Source: Octopus bimaculoides (Eukaryota). Taken from it: DNA of 54,758 bases. The stretch is from positions 151,493,187-151,547,944 of the forward strand of contig NC_068982.1 in assembly GCF_001194135.2 (NCBI RefSeq), given 5' to 3'. Under the pieces are notes generated by a model. It did not search any database. It was not told the origin of the DNA and was given only the letters and a program-made list of their open reading frames with translations. Of the stretch, positions 23,741-36,449 are shown piece after piece. The position numbers were made by a program, and so were the translations under genes. Numbering within the stretch: position 1 is the stretch's first letter; each line of letters opens with the position of its first letter.

Positions 23741-25599
23741 CTATGAGTGAACTAATCTAACAACTTTGTCGCATAAAAGGATACTTCTATATGATCTCTG
23801 TTTGCAATAAGTAGGTACCGAATACCCCTTATGTCACACTTTTCTGTCTTGAAAACAGTCTTCTTTGGATAATCTAGTCCTCGGCATTCTAAAGTGACTG
23901 GTTGGTCAAGGTTAGAACACATTTGATAAGAGCACTCTCTGATTTACCTGGGGTTGAAACAATAGTAGCAATAATTCTATTATAGTTCAGAAATTATAAA
24001 AATGTACGCGTATATAATTTTGTCATGTTAGTATAATTCAGTATATGACGTAGATGAGAGACAAGGTTCCAGCTATCTACGTTTATAACCTGCTTTTATC
24101 ACTGGTTGTTGTCACACTACTTCAGCTGTCACATCGTTTCATACATCACTTATCATTCGAGAGATTTTGTCACCTCATTTCACTTACATATAGATCTTTT
24201 GAAAGAAACCAGCGTTGCAAATTGAATCTTGTTCTGCTTTGAAATCAATAAAGCCAATCAGATAATGATGCCTAATGTTGATTACCAGTACATAGGAGTT
24301 TTGCACGTGCAATTGACGGATCCTCTATTGGCTGCTGGACAAAGCTAGAAATCATTGGCATGTGTAATCTAAATACACTATGTCTGGAAAAAAATAGCAA
24401 TCACCAGAGAAATGCCTTTCTTAATATGTCGGCTCTACAATGGCTCACCTAGGGCTAAGTAACAGCAATACCAACCATAGCAACTATAGTAGCATCATCA
24501 ACAACAAACATTTGAGCTTATACATTTCTAAAATTACCAGTTTATTCCATATTTTATGCAATTTGTAGACTGTTAAATTACATCACTTATACTAAACGGT
24601 AACTTAGTTTTTTAATCAATGCTTTCAATAAAACGCGGGTGCCAAAACGCTGCTAATAATGTGTTGCCTTTTAGATAATTTTGTTTAGAATAATATTTTT
24701 CTGCTGTTTCTAATTATAATTGTTACAAATGCACTTATTAATTCTGAAAACTTATCTGCAGTGAAGTATATATCTCATCTTACATTAGCAATCTTTAATT
24801 TCATTTGCTAATGAATATGTAATATGTCTCCAAACACAAAACCTGTTTCGGCTTTTAAGAATTATGAATTTAAATTTAAGAACTCCCAATGTCTAAACAA
24901 TAACTAAGTTTATCCTGAAAATTTTTTCCAGTTAGAGGTTTTTCAGGTGCTAGAAAAATGGAGGGATCACTTGATAAATTCTAAGATAGCTTATCTCAGC
25001 GACACAGCAGAGAAAATAGCGCTTTACTTTAGAAACTAAAAGGAATTTATTAAGAAAACAGTGTCTGTTAGTCTGTTTAGAGTCAATAAAGTATTCATTG
25101 ACGAGTTATTGATTCAAAGAATTCCATTCCAGTATCATTCAAATGTTGTTGCAGGCAATTCAATAAGCTATAAGAGATATAGAGAGGGGGAGAGAGGAAG
25201 GGAGGAAGAGCGGAAAGAGAGTGAGAAAGCGGGAGATAGATTGAGAGAGCATGCAGAGCGAGAGAGTGAAAGGGGGAGGAGTAATAAAGAATGGCACTAA
25301 AAATAGTTCATTGATAAATCAGTCCAAAATGTTAAAAACGTTTTAAAATCATGTTCACGAATTGCTGAATTTTCAGTTCAAATGTTCGGAGTCTCAGTGG
25401 GTCTGTCATGAAACACTTCTAAGAATTCTTGCAAAAAGTATGTTCTAAAAACTTGTGTTAACATGCAAAATACCCACAAAATTACTTCTTATTTAGAAGT
25501 TTGTTTGTGTATATACATATATATGTACGTATATGTGTGTGTGTGTGTGTATTATATACAAATGCCCGAACTGGATGTCATTGCATCGTACTGGATGTC

Positions 25600-26200
25600 A
25601 TTGCATCTACAGCCAAGACCAGGTACTGCAATAGCTCGGTGTTCAAAGAAAGCCCAGAGCTCTTCGGTGCCCTGTCAAAAAAATTAAGAAACCTACAGAA
25701 CATAGACACGGATGTCTTCGAAAAGGAACTAGACACTCTCCTATCCACAACACCGAATGATCCAACGGCTCAGCATGAGGTACGGATGACGGTAGCAGTG
25801 TCAAATTCCCTCAAACACCAAATGTGTCAACAACCAAGAAAAAAATCACATGCAGGAGTTTTGATATGAAATCTTACCTCCCCGAAGAAATAAGCAAATC
25901 AATCTCTTTATTGCCCACAGGGGGCTAAACATAGAGGGAACAAACAAAGATAGACAAAGGGATTAAGTCGATTACATCGACCCCAGTGCGTAACTGGTGC
26001 TTATTTAATCGACCCCGAAGGATGAAAGGCAAAGTCGACCTCGGCGGAATTTGAACTCAGAACGTAAAGATAGACGAAATACTGCTAAGCATTTCGCCCG
26101 GCGTGTTAACGATTCTGCCAGCTCACCGTCCTAAAGAAGAAATAAGCAGATTAAGAGTGGTGCTCCAGCATGACAGCTGCATAGTTGAAATTAATAAAAG
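25600..26200 (+). mobile_element. CR1-group LINE 3' end interrupted by a SINE
   Basis: YCNSSVFKESPELFGALSKKLRNLQNIDTDVFEKELDTLLSTTPNDPT...SNSL parallels GPVLFNIIPK...FKKFLDEYLQQIPD...NYNFL of the 18.3 kb copy. The tail resumes after the SINE (gtggtgctccagcatg...aataaaagaat). Confidence 0.72.
25897..26135 (-). mobile_element. SINE family A, full length, 13-bp target-site duplication
   Basis: Reverse complement is nearly identical to 19847-20078; flanked by gaagaaataagca at 25884-25896 and 26136-26148. Confidence 0.9.
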
Positions 26201-26405
26201 AATATGTATGTATGTATGTATGTATGCATGTATGTATGTATCAAAGAACTTGATTTTGTAAACAAAATTACAAACTTCTTAAATGTCTGAAATCAATGGA
26301 TTACATTGATAAGCTTTGTGTTCAATTATTCATTTAATCGTTTTTAGTTGAGAGCTATGTGAGTGTGTATGCTTTTCTTAACTCGGAAAATACAGATTAT
26401 CATAG

Positions 26406-26750
26406 TATTTGGCCATAAAGTTTACACCAAGAATGAATGCTGATCTTAATCAAATTGATGAATACCATATCACGTTGATTTTTAACTCTAAGTCATTTGC
26501 ATTTGACGGTGAGGGTGTTAACTTTGATAAATCAACTCTTACATTGAAATCTATCAGTAGAAGTGTTACCAGTTGTAATATTATCTTGTGTGAAGGGGAG
26601 AATATTAGTTCAGATGATAAAATATCTCCGGGAAGTGGTTTCGGCAGCAAATACTATATTTCCGCATCCCATATTTGGTCGGTAATTAGCTACTTTACGA
26701 GCAGTTTTACAACAAATCAGCCTATACCTAAAGGAATCAATGGAATGTAG
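26406..26750 (+). pseudogene. 115-codon open frame, CUB-domain-like exon or pseudo-exon
   Basis: Non-repetitive frame open for 114 sense codons in AT-rich DNA. Colinear by-eye resemblance to CUB consensus (HITLIF, EGENISS, YISASH, YFTSS, PKGING). Possible AG acceptor at 26404-26405 and donor TCG/GTAATT after 26681. Conserved Cys/Trp partly missing. Confidence 0.42.
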
Positions 26751-26858
26751 TATATAACTGATTTCCAAACCAAATCAGATCTCTGAACGCAACTTAACCT
26801 ATCGGCAGTGTACATTTTATTCCCTTTTGCTGAGTTCAGATAAATAAATAAAATAACA

Positions 26859-26965
26859 TAAAATTATAATAATAAAGTAAAACAAAATAAAATAAAATTA
26901 TAATAATAAAGTAAAACAAAATAAAATAAAATTATAATAATAAAATAAAATAAATTATAATAAAT
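26859..26965. repeat. 34-bp AT-rich minisatellite, ~3 copies
   Basis: Unit taaaattataataataaagtaaaacaaaataaaa starts at 26859, 26893 and (partial) 26927. Confidence 0.85.
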
Positions 26966-27882
26966 AGATTGAAGTATAAAAAAGAAACTACAGAAAAATA
27001 AAGAAAGGAAAAGGGAAAAATGATGTTAGCCATATCATACTGAGATATGTTTAACAAGGCTTATCACTTAGTCTCTTGCAATTTCGTTTTCGCATTCCCT
27101 CGATGCTCACATCTCTTGTCAGCAGGAAGCGAATTATGTGCATGTATTAATTTCTATTTGTCACAATGAGATACTTTTGCACATGTACTTACATGTATAT
27201 ATAAACGCACACGCTTTCACGCACATATAAAACCTCTCTCTCCCTGTTTATCATTTTGTGTGTGTGCGAGTGTGTGTGTGTGTTCATGAACTCGATTAGG
27301 TAAACAGAATGGCTAATTACTTAGTCCAACGTCTGCAATCAATGAATTATATCGATCAGCTTCATATTCAAAGTTTTATCTTGTATAATTTTTCTTATCC
27401 TACTTGTAGCTGTTATATCTGTCGTTATTAATCGTCGTCTTTATATTTCTACTAAGTATCAACCCCACCACAACCACACATCTCCCCTTCTTCTCCTCTT
27501 CCTCCTCCTCATCACCATTTCATCATACTTGACTACTTTAAATCTAGTATTATATCGTGTGTCTCTTGATTGGTGTACAGATTTTATAAAGGATTTGGTG
27601 ATAATACGCTTTAGTGTAAATTCTAGATAACAACTGAATAAGTATTTGGTCATTTCACTGAGATGATAAAACTTATTAATGCATCAGAAAACTTGATTTA
27701 ATAAACGATTGTAAACTAAATGCACATTCATGCACCCACCCACACACGCACTCTCTCTCTCTCTCTCTGTATGTGTTGTATATGTGTGTGTTCACGCGCG
27801 TGTTTGTGTGTGTGAGTTCATGTTGGTTTTTATAAGGGAATATACTAGTAGACATTAATATATAGTAATCTATTTACTTATT

Positions 27883-27885
<3 letters not shown>

Positions 27886-27927
<42 letters not shown>

Positions 27928-28010
27928 NNNNNNNNNNTACTACTACTACTACTACTACTACTGCTGCTGCTGCAGCTGCTGCTGCTGACGCTGCTGACGC
28001 TGCTGCTGCC
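27886..28010. repeat. (ACT)n grading into (GCT)n
   Basis: Directly visible; gap 27928-27937. Confidence 0.95.
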
Positions 28011-28639
28011 TCTTATATTAATTTTATGACTACTTGTAAATAACGTTATTTGTTGATATAAGTTACCATTTTATTGTATTTAAGTTGTATAAAGTTTTAT
28101 TTGAATCTCTCCAGCATCACTTTGTGTGCAGAAATGAATTTGTTGCAACTTTTGATTTCATCCACTGAATCATCATGTTTAATATATTATTCCTCACTTA
28201 TGTACAAGATTAGTTATGTGATTTGTCGTAGAGAATTGGGTAAACAATCTTATGGTGTTAATGTTCATATGTGAATTCATGTTCAACTGTGATTGTCTAT
28301 GATAGCGAAATTATCTGAGCTATTATCTTCCCCAAGTCATCAAATATAAACAATATGCTTTGTGTTTAGAGATAAATCATTATATTTCAGTCCGAAACAT
28401 ACGCACCCATCTTTAATGACTAAGTTTGAGTTGGTAATTTACCCCTTACGACTATTTCCATGGGCTACAAAAGTTGTAGGAGGAAGTTAATATGCTATCC
28501 TCAGATCGAAGTTCTTGTCCTAATTCTAGAAACAGCGTGTGCTTTGTTGAGAGTATCCAAGGGTTAGGTTGTTGTGGTGATTAAATTAGGTGAAAGATCG
28601 ATTCTACCAATCAAAAACAGTAAATTTTCTGACAGTCTG

Positions 28640-28790
28640 CTACACAGTTTCTACTCACCGAATTTTGAATAGAAATCTATGGTAGATCCGGGACTAAAGT
28701 AGAAGAATCGTCCCTGAAGTACTGCGCAATCAAATCAAAGCCGAAAACACGTAGTTGTGAAAAAAAACTTTTTAATCGTACAGTTATCTC
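28640..28790 (-). mobile_element. SINE family B copy (diverged)
   Basis: Shares layout with 7262-7385 (agtagaaga...cc..aagt..gc..a...gaa..cacgt.gt...ttaa.c..acag). Confidence 0.45.
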
Positions 28791-29079
28791 TGCACCCATG
28801 ATATACTAGCAGGTATACTTTTTACAGATACATTTTGAAACAAAACATATCGGAAACAAAATCCATATCCCATTAAGATGTGGAGCGATGACAATTAGAT
28901 ATGGTATGTAGGGAAATATTTGTGAAGAGGGTAACAAGGCTTACCTACCCACAAACAATTCACAAGAACGAGCACTGTCCCCAACATGTCGGTCTCAGTT
29001 AAATTTTGAGTCACTATGCAGTGGTTCGACTTGCTAAAACTAGGCAGCAAAATATTCTCAGATCTTTTCTAAGTTCTCA

Positions 29080-29080
<1 letters not shown>

Positions 29081-29143
<63 letters not shown>

Positions 29144-29165
29144 TTTCTACTACTAATAATAATAA
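29081..29165. repeat. (CTA)n(AAT)n microsatellite
   Basis: Directly visible. Confidence 0.96.
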
Positions 29166-29300
29166 TGTGCCAATTATTGTTAGGTCCTTGGAGACATTAT
29201 CAGGAGGGATCAAGAGGAATATAAAACAAATCCGGTGAAAATGCTCAGTAGAGTTGTTACAAAAGGTTTGCCTCCTTAGAATAATCCGGAAAATATTTTC

Positions 29301-29389
29301 TGCTCTAGACACAAGGCTCGAAATTCTAGGGGAGGGCGTCAGTCGATTAGATCGACCCCAGTACGCAACTGGTACTTAATTTGACGACC
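29301..29389 (-). mobile_element. SINE family A 3' half
   Basis: gtcgattagatcgaccccagtacgcaactggtacttaattt matches the body of the 25897-26135 copy. Confidence 0.75.
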
Positions 29390-29414
29390 TAACAACAACA
29401 ACAACAACAACAAC

Positions 29415-29483
<69 letters not shown>

Positions 29484-29490
29484 TATTATC
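29389..29490. repeat. (AAC)n(AAT)n followed by inverted (TTA)n, a quasi-palindromic microsatellite
   Basis: Directly visible strand switch at ~29447. Confidence 0.93.
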
Positions 29491-30129
29491 GTAATAAATA
29501 ATCGGTACATGCGACGGAAACTCCTTTGTTCATAAGTACTGCTCAATCAATAGCTTAGATCAACAACAATAAATAAGTGAATGTAATGAAATACTGTTTA
29601 CGACTTGCTATCGCATTTTGTAATTTCAATTATCATATTTAGGCCATAGTAGCCATAATATGTCCCAAATAACATTCTAAACTATTTCTAAAAGGAGATA
29701 AATATTAAATAATACAGACTTTGAATGTTTTTTGGATGAATAACATCAAATCGGACGATCAAGGTTCAAACGCATTCAATCATAATCACACCCGACCAGA
29801 GCTGATTTGGGGTTAAACGACATCCAACGAGATTAATGGCAATACAGCGGAAGCACAATGGTGGAGAACTACATACGAATTTTTGGCAACAGTGTCCATA
29901 TATTAGAGTTGTGAATTTATATCCCACTGCGATTTTCTTTCATATATATCATGTTTATCTGATCTATAATCCTCTCTATCCTGAGAATATCAACAATGTA
30001 TCTTGTGCTCAAGAAATAAATTGTTACATGCAAAATCAATACGCTCAAGCATGTTATTTTTAGAGGATACACCGAGGTAACATTGAAAAAAAAAAAGAGA
30101 TTAATAATTATTATTGATATCAAGACAGA

Positions 30130-30790
30130 TGAAGAAACAATAATAAGAATTTAACGTAAGAGAAAACTACAAATATTCAGTAAATAAACAGATCTTAGCA
30201 CTGGAAAGGACTGAAGGATATTTGTTTTTTGTTTTGCAGCACATGAGTAATCCTTTCCCATTTGAGACTACCAAAAGTAATAAAGCAGATCAGACTAACG
30301 AACTTTACAATAATATGTGGACGTTGTCAAGGACATTGTTTCTGACTGCCTAACTTTGCCAAAAGAGAATAGATATATATGAATTCATAGCAGAATTGAA
30401 ACTTGCCTATACTGGGAATTATGCCAGTATTATAAAACATCCACAAATATAAGGAGGACAAAGTGATCATACACTTAGATAAGCAACTGATATAGACGGG
30501 AATATTAAAACATATCGATCGAATATTTTCGTTAAGGACCATCAGTCAAGGAAGGGCTTGTTAGTAAATTTATCATTTCCAAGAGATAATATATTTTTTA
30601 AAGAAATGGTAAAAATATCCAGATATAAAGAACTGGAAATACAGATTACCAAGATGTGGGGATTTGAATGCAGAAACAACACTCATAAAAGGCAGGTGTC
30701 TTAACATGCTACAGACAAATACATAATCAAAATACCAGCACTTGTACTCATAGACACAAGGAGCAAACGACACAAAGAAGCTCAACATAG
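30130..30790 (+). mobile_element. R4/Dong-like RLE LINE C-terminal fragment (decayed)
   Basis: Plus strand across frameshifts: RTEGYLF..AAHE*SFP, DIVSDCLTLPKENRY, HSRIETCLYWELCQYYK, NIFVKDHQSRKGLLVNLSFP..KEMVKISRYKELEIQITKMWG. DNA cagacaaatacataatcaaaatacca matches the copy at 54549-54758. Confidence 0.8.
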
Positions 30791-31705
30791 TTATTACATA
30801 GTAAACTTTCATTACAATATATAAACAACACTGCACGCACTAAGGCAATGAAATAAAAGGACGCAATAAAATTAAGGCCATAATATAAAATAATGATAAT
30901 TTCGGAGTGACTTGATTTTTCCACGATAATAATCATTTCTTACATAGTAAGAGAACTAGAAAACTTCACAAAAGATAAATAATTTCTGAAGGTTATTTAT
31001 TGAGGAGGCTGGTATAGAAAATAACAAAATCAGACACAACGGGGACTGAATTCAAAGCAGTAAACAACATAATTGAATAGAGTTAAAATACTCACTCCAG
31101 CAGTAACTGTCATAATATATTTAATATTACATTTAATTTTAAAATCCAACTACGATTGACTTCACTTCCCACTTCTTTGAGGTCGAATGAAAGGATGTCT
31201 CTCTAATATTTGGATTTGATCAATTTATAGTCGTTAAAAATAGAGTCACTTGCTGGTTCGAAATGCTGTGTTGGAAACTAATTGTTAATCTGGAGAATTA
31301 AATTTCACCCACTCCCGAAAAAGAATACGAAGAACGAGTCTTTAGTGATAGTCCAACAATCCAATGAAATTACAGGATAGATCAACACCGAATTATTATT
31401 TTACTTTTCCTTCTTTTTCATATGGTCATTTGTTATTATCAACTCGTCGTTGGTCACTGCTTTAAAGATACTTACTACATGCTTGAAAATTAGAGCGCGA
31501 TCCAAGTCAATGCAAACTGGATAAGGCTGGTAGCTAGTATAAAAAGAAAGCAATACTGATAAATATATTTTTCTTTTTAATGCATTTTATTAATTTAGAT
31601 GAAGGATACAGAAAAAAAAAATGATATATAGAAGTCAGTGACAACAATAAATATACAAAAGCCAGACCGTTAAAGGAATGCGGATATTGAGAATATAATA
31701 TACGA

Positions 31706-31819
31706 AAGAGAGAGAGAGAGAGAGACAGAGGGAGAGAGAGAGAGAGAGAAAGAAAGAAAGAGAGAGAGAGAGAAAGAAAGAGAGAAAGAGATAGAGAGAG
31801 AGAGAGAGAAAGAAAGAGA

Positions 31820-31851
<32 letters not shown>

Positions 31852-31853
31852 CA

Positions 31854-31903
<50 letters not shown>

Positions 31904-31915
31904 GAGAGAGACAGA
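31706..31915. repeat. (GA)n/(GAAA)/(GACA) purine-rich tract
   Basis: Directly visible. Confidence 0.96.
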
Positions 31916-33404
31916 GCGATTTTTGTGTAGGCGTTGTTTATATTTATTCTACTGTTTAATTCTTCTCAGTTCTACACTTCTCTTGCCAGATGACTTACTG
32001 ACTACGCTGAAGTCTTCCAAATAAGCTGTTCTTTCCCATTCCTCTACTGGTTTCAAAGTGCTTGAGGGGGAACATTCCACCAATAACGATTTCTATTTTT
32101 AAACAATGTAATTACTCTAAATTCTGCCGACAATAATTTATGTTTCTGCTCTTGATTTACGTTTCTAATGACTCCAAAAATTAATATATGAATCTGTAAA
32201 ACATTAATTGTCAAAATAATTTTAATTTGTAATGTTCAAATTTCTCTTAAAAGACGAAAACTAAACTCTGCATGAAAAGTAATTATTGCAGAATTCAAAT
32301 ATATAAATATTGTTTACCTTCATGTATTGCGAACTTTGAGGAAAACATTAAGTGTGTTCATTTATATTGTTGCAATGAAGCGTGAATATATATTTTCAGA
32401 ACTTGAGAGTTTTAATAAATCATTAATAAATATAAGAATTATAATGATGGTATAACATGTGCAGTTAAACAATAATGTTTAAATCTAGAATATCATCAGG
32501 AAAATTTCAAAATGTAAAATAAACGTTAAATCCAAATGTACAAAGGTAACTACATACCAAACTATGAGAAATATTGGATCTAGAATATATCGACTTCAAT
32601 AATGGGATTATCTGATATTAGAAGAGGTGCAGCAATGTCAGCGGCTCCAATACCGTGTATTGAAGTCCATTGTTATGGTTCTTCATATACAGACAGTAAA
32701 GACCAATAAACTTATTCTGTAGCGAAGCAGAAGTGAGAATAGCGCTGTTCAATGCTTTTTACACTGTAAGGTATAAGTGACTTCACTAAAATGAAATTGT
32801 TTCCACTGATGATTTCAATCCGTGTCATATCCTCGTCTTTATGGAGTTCGCTTGAATAAATATTAATTTTGCATAGTGCCAAATCTCTTTAAGGAATGAA
32901 TTCATTGTTTTACTCGAATCTAATGCTTAATTGCTACTTAAATTATTGATCTGCAAGAAGGGAAATATCAATGTGGTAAAGAAATTGGGTTTGTAATCAC
33001 ATAAGTTGAATTTGACCCTGATGCTTGGGCAAGTATCTTGTAAAATAATAACCTTACAAAGGCTAAAACCTTATGAATGATATTCACGATAAGTGTGCGG
33101 AAGTCAGTCGATGGCCTGTGTTTTTTAATGGTAGATTTAATCTGCCACTCAGTGCAATACCATCACCTGGCTTCTAATGTGTGTAGTACAGTTAATTCTG
33201 TTCAACCATTCATACTGGGCTTCCAGTTTTTTCTACCCCTTTTCTCTAGACATGGAAGGCTATAAGCGCTGCCAAACTGATGTCAATGGGTTTCAACACA
33301 GAACGCTAGGTGACACCACTAAATATTGTAATATATTCTGTAACTGTATTTCTACCAGTGTCCAAACAAGGAATATGATACAATGCAAGTATAATATTGC
33401 ATCA

Positions 33405-33622
33405 TATTCCTTTCTACTTTAGGCACAAGCCTTACATTTTGCGGGATGGAGCTAGCCGATTACATCGACCCCGGTGCTTAACTGATGCTTATTTCATGGA
33501 CTCCGTAAAGATAAAAGGCAAAGTCGATATCGGTGGCATTTGAACACAGAACGCAAAGATGGACAAAATGCTGCTAAGCATATTAACCGACGTGCTAACG
33601 ATTCAGTCAGCTCGCCGTCTTA
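33405..33622 (-). mobile_element. SINE family A copy
   Basis: gattacatcgaccccggtgcttaactgatgcttatttc...aaaggcaaagtcgat...ctaacgattcagtcagctcgcc matches 25897-26135. Confidence 0.85.
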
Positions 33623-34255
33623 GTGTAGAGAGTAATATTGATTGATAATATCGATTTCTTTCATCCAACAAGGTCACATGTTAGTAAAAAGACATTGTTA
33701 AATTCAATCAGCTCGAGAAGGATGAAAAAGTTAGTCACTACGGTATTCTAACTCAGAATGCAGAATAATAAAAGTAAATTCTCTAAATAATTGTATAGGG
33801 ATGTTTGATTTAATTCCACATGTTTTATAAACTTTTGATTTCTTAGTAATTTCATTGAGAGGTACAGCTAATTTCATTGTCCTCCAGTATATGACTAGGA
33901 GTAAATTTAACGACTTCTGAAATACGAAAGGTAAGTCGACTTTGGCAGATTTTGCAAACAGAATATAAAACCAAAAGCATCTTGCCCACCTGATTTTGCC
34001 ACACTATCACCGTCTTGTTTGATTAAATATTGGATATTTATTATATAATATGTAATTAAATGAATAATAATATATATTTGTAGTGGTGTGGCGGCACTCA
34101 GTTAGTTGTGATCTAATGAATATGTTGGATGTCCAGTAGTGCATAACAAAGCATATTGATATGCTTACGTATAAAGATAAGAGACGGGAAGAAATTAGGT
34201 TTGGTAATTACCAATGACACGCACGCACGCATCCCCTACCATCTCACACACACAC

Positions 34256-34293
<38 letters not shown>

Positions 34294-34325
34294 NNNNNNN
34301 NNNNNNNNNNGTGTGTGTGTGTGTG

Positions 34326-34359
<34 letters not shown>

Positions 34360-34367
34360 TGTATATG

Positions 34368-35008
34368 CATGTAATGGAAAAATGCGAGCAAGAAAAATAA
34401 TATTCTTAAGATCATAAACCTGGAAAATTATAGGATAAGTTATTCTGTTTGTCATTACTTGTTCTAATAAATAATTAAAAATTTGAATATATGTTATAAA
34501 AATAATATTAATACATAATTAGTTAGTACAATAAATAGAATAATACAAAAAATAGTAATATATTACAGTAAAATCTACTTATAATAACAAATTCACAGTA
34601 AAATTTGCTTGAGTTATTGCTTAAGTTATTGCGAAGTCTTCGCATTTTTAGTCTTGCCCGAATTTTTTACATAATGAATTTGCTTACCATATATAGTATT
34701 CTACTTTGCATAAAACTTTAGCTATATTGATCCTTCTGGCTCTCATTTTTTAAGTGTGCCAATATTTTAACAAAATGATGGTACCTTTTTTAATTATAAC
34801 GTTACTTTGTAAATTAAAATGAAATAAGTTTTAATATTGAAATTCTATCCTTAGCTGCAATTTTTTAAGTAAAAATTTTCTTGTTCTGTACTTTACCAGA
34901 TGTAAGAAACTGTCCTGAATGTTACCAAGTGTAATAACTTGTCTTATTATTTTCAAGGTTTATAATCTTAAGAATATTATTTCTCTTGCTCGCATTTTCC
35001 CATGTAAT
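34368..35008. mobile_element. MITE / non-autonomous TIR DNA transposon
   Basis: 70-bp inverted repeats at 34374-34443 and 34934-35003 (63/70 by manual alignment). Exact 8-bp direct repeat catgtaat at 34368-34375 and 35001-35008. AT-rich non-coding interior. Confidence 0.8.
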
Positions 35009-35982
35009 TCATGTTTTTTCCAGGCCATGCTATTATACTAATTGATAATGTGTCAAATGTGTCAATTAGCGATGGCGTTGACAATTTTTCCTTACCTCAA
35101 TGACGCCGGTGACATGTATTAAAAGTCCCCTTATAGAACTATATTCATATTATCACCCTCAAATGTGAGAAACAAACACTCATAACTTTTTTCTTTTAAA
35201 ACTTCATTTCTTGGGATTGATACTATGAAATACCTCGAATTGAGCTCTATCATTTAAGCGTAATTAAAATATTGTTTGTTTTTAAAACAAAATAAGTGAA
35301 TCATACTTAAATCCAATTTTTTGCCTTATATATTTTTTTCATGATATTTTACCTCACTGCTTTTCTGATTCAAATTTTTGTTCTATGGGACCAAAACTAT
35401 GACATTCTTCATGTTTTCTTCTACCATTGAAGCTAAGATAAATATATTATGTGTTTACAATAAAAAGTTATTTAGATCTAAACTTGATTGGTCTCGTTAC
35501 TTACTCTCCTATAACGTTCCTACAAATTTTGATGAAAACTTTTTTCTACTGGATCAAATCTCAATTTTCTATGCCAAAATGTAGCTAGGGACTAGTCTTG
35601 TTCAAAAATGTTAACAGTTTTCAATTTGGTTAAAAACTGAATTAGCGACAGGCTCTAAAGTTACTGCGTGTGAGTAAAATGCGGTCTTAAGAATATTGTT
35701 CGACTACTACTGTAGTTGAATGATATGTATAGATCATAGAATTGAAACCAAAATACATTCTTGTTACATTAATATTTTTGTAGACAGCACAATAATATGT
35801 CCAATATTCCGTATTTCTTTATCTTTCAATTTTTATGTGTATTATATGTGTGTATCTGTGTGTTTGTGTGTGTGATATACGCACACTCACTGTAAGAAAA
35901 AAGGATTCAGTATTAGAAACAGAGAAAAATAACTTCAACCAAATTTATGATTGTGACACGGTTCAATATTGCAACTTTTTGT

Positions 35983-36136
35983 AAGGCATGAGCTGGCAGA
36001 ATCGCTAACAGGCCGGACAAAATGCTTAGCGGCATTTCGGCCAACTTTATTTTCTGAGTTCCAATTTCGCCGAGGTGGACTTTTCTTTTCGCGGTCGATA
36101 AATAAGTACGAGTGAAGCACTGGGATCGTACGACTT
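35983..36136 (+). mobile_element. SINE family A, 3'-truncated
   Basis: gagctggcagaatcgctaacaggccggacaaaatgcttagcggcatttcg...gagttccaatttcgccgagg. Confidence 0.85.
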
Positions 36137-36449
36137 ATTGTAGATTCATATCCCGAAATGTCAAAATAGCAATAAAGATCACTTGGAAAAAGAAAATATA
36201 TTGCTTATATAATCCAGAGTATATGTGGAGGATAACAATGTATAATATAGGACAGTGATGTTCGAGGTAGTTTACCGTGTCACAAAATATGACTGTTTAG
36301 ATCATAAAAGGCGGTGGCAGATGAAAATATTTAGAAATGTAAACATAAATAAAATAGTTGTTATAAAATGAAATAAATAAAATGCTATAAAGCTTGATAT
36401 AATGGCATGGAATTATATGATACACAAAGATACGTAAATTAGAAAGCAA

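Noticed and set aside
30241-30936. Strong acceptor (tttgttttgcag) with HMSNPFPFETT... and minus ORFs 30327-30836
   Set aside because: All lie within the decayed RLE LINE fragment, which explains the sequence better.
31096-31260. Strong minus donor GTGAGT at 31095 with upstream protein-like text
   Set aside because: Every frame has a stop unless an 11-nt microexon is assumed; unsupported.
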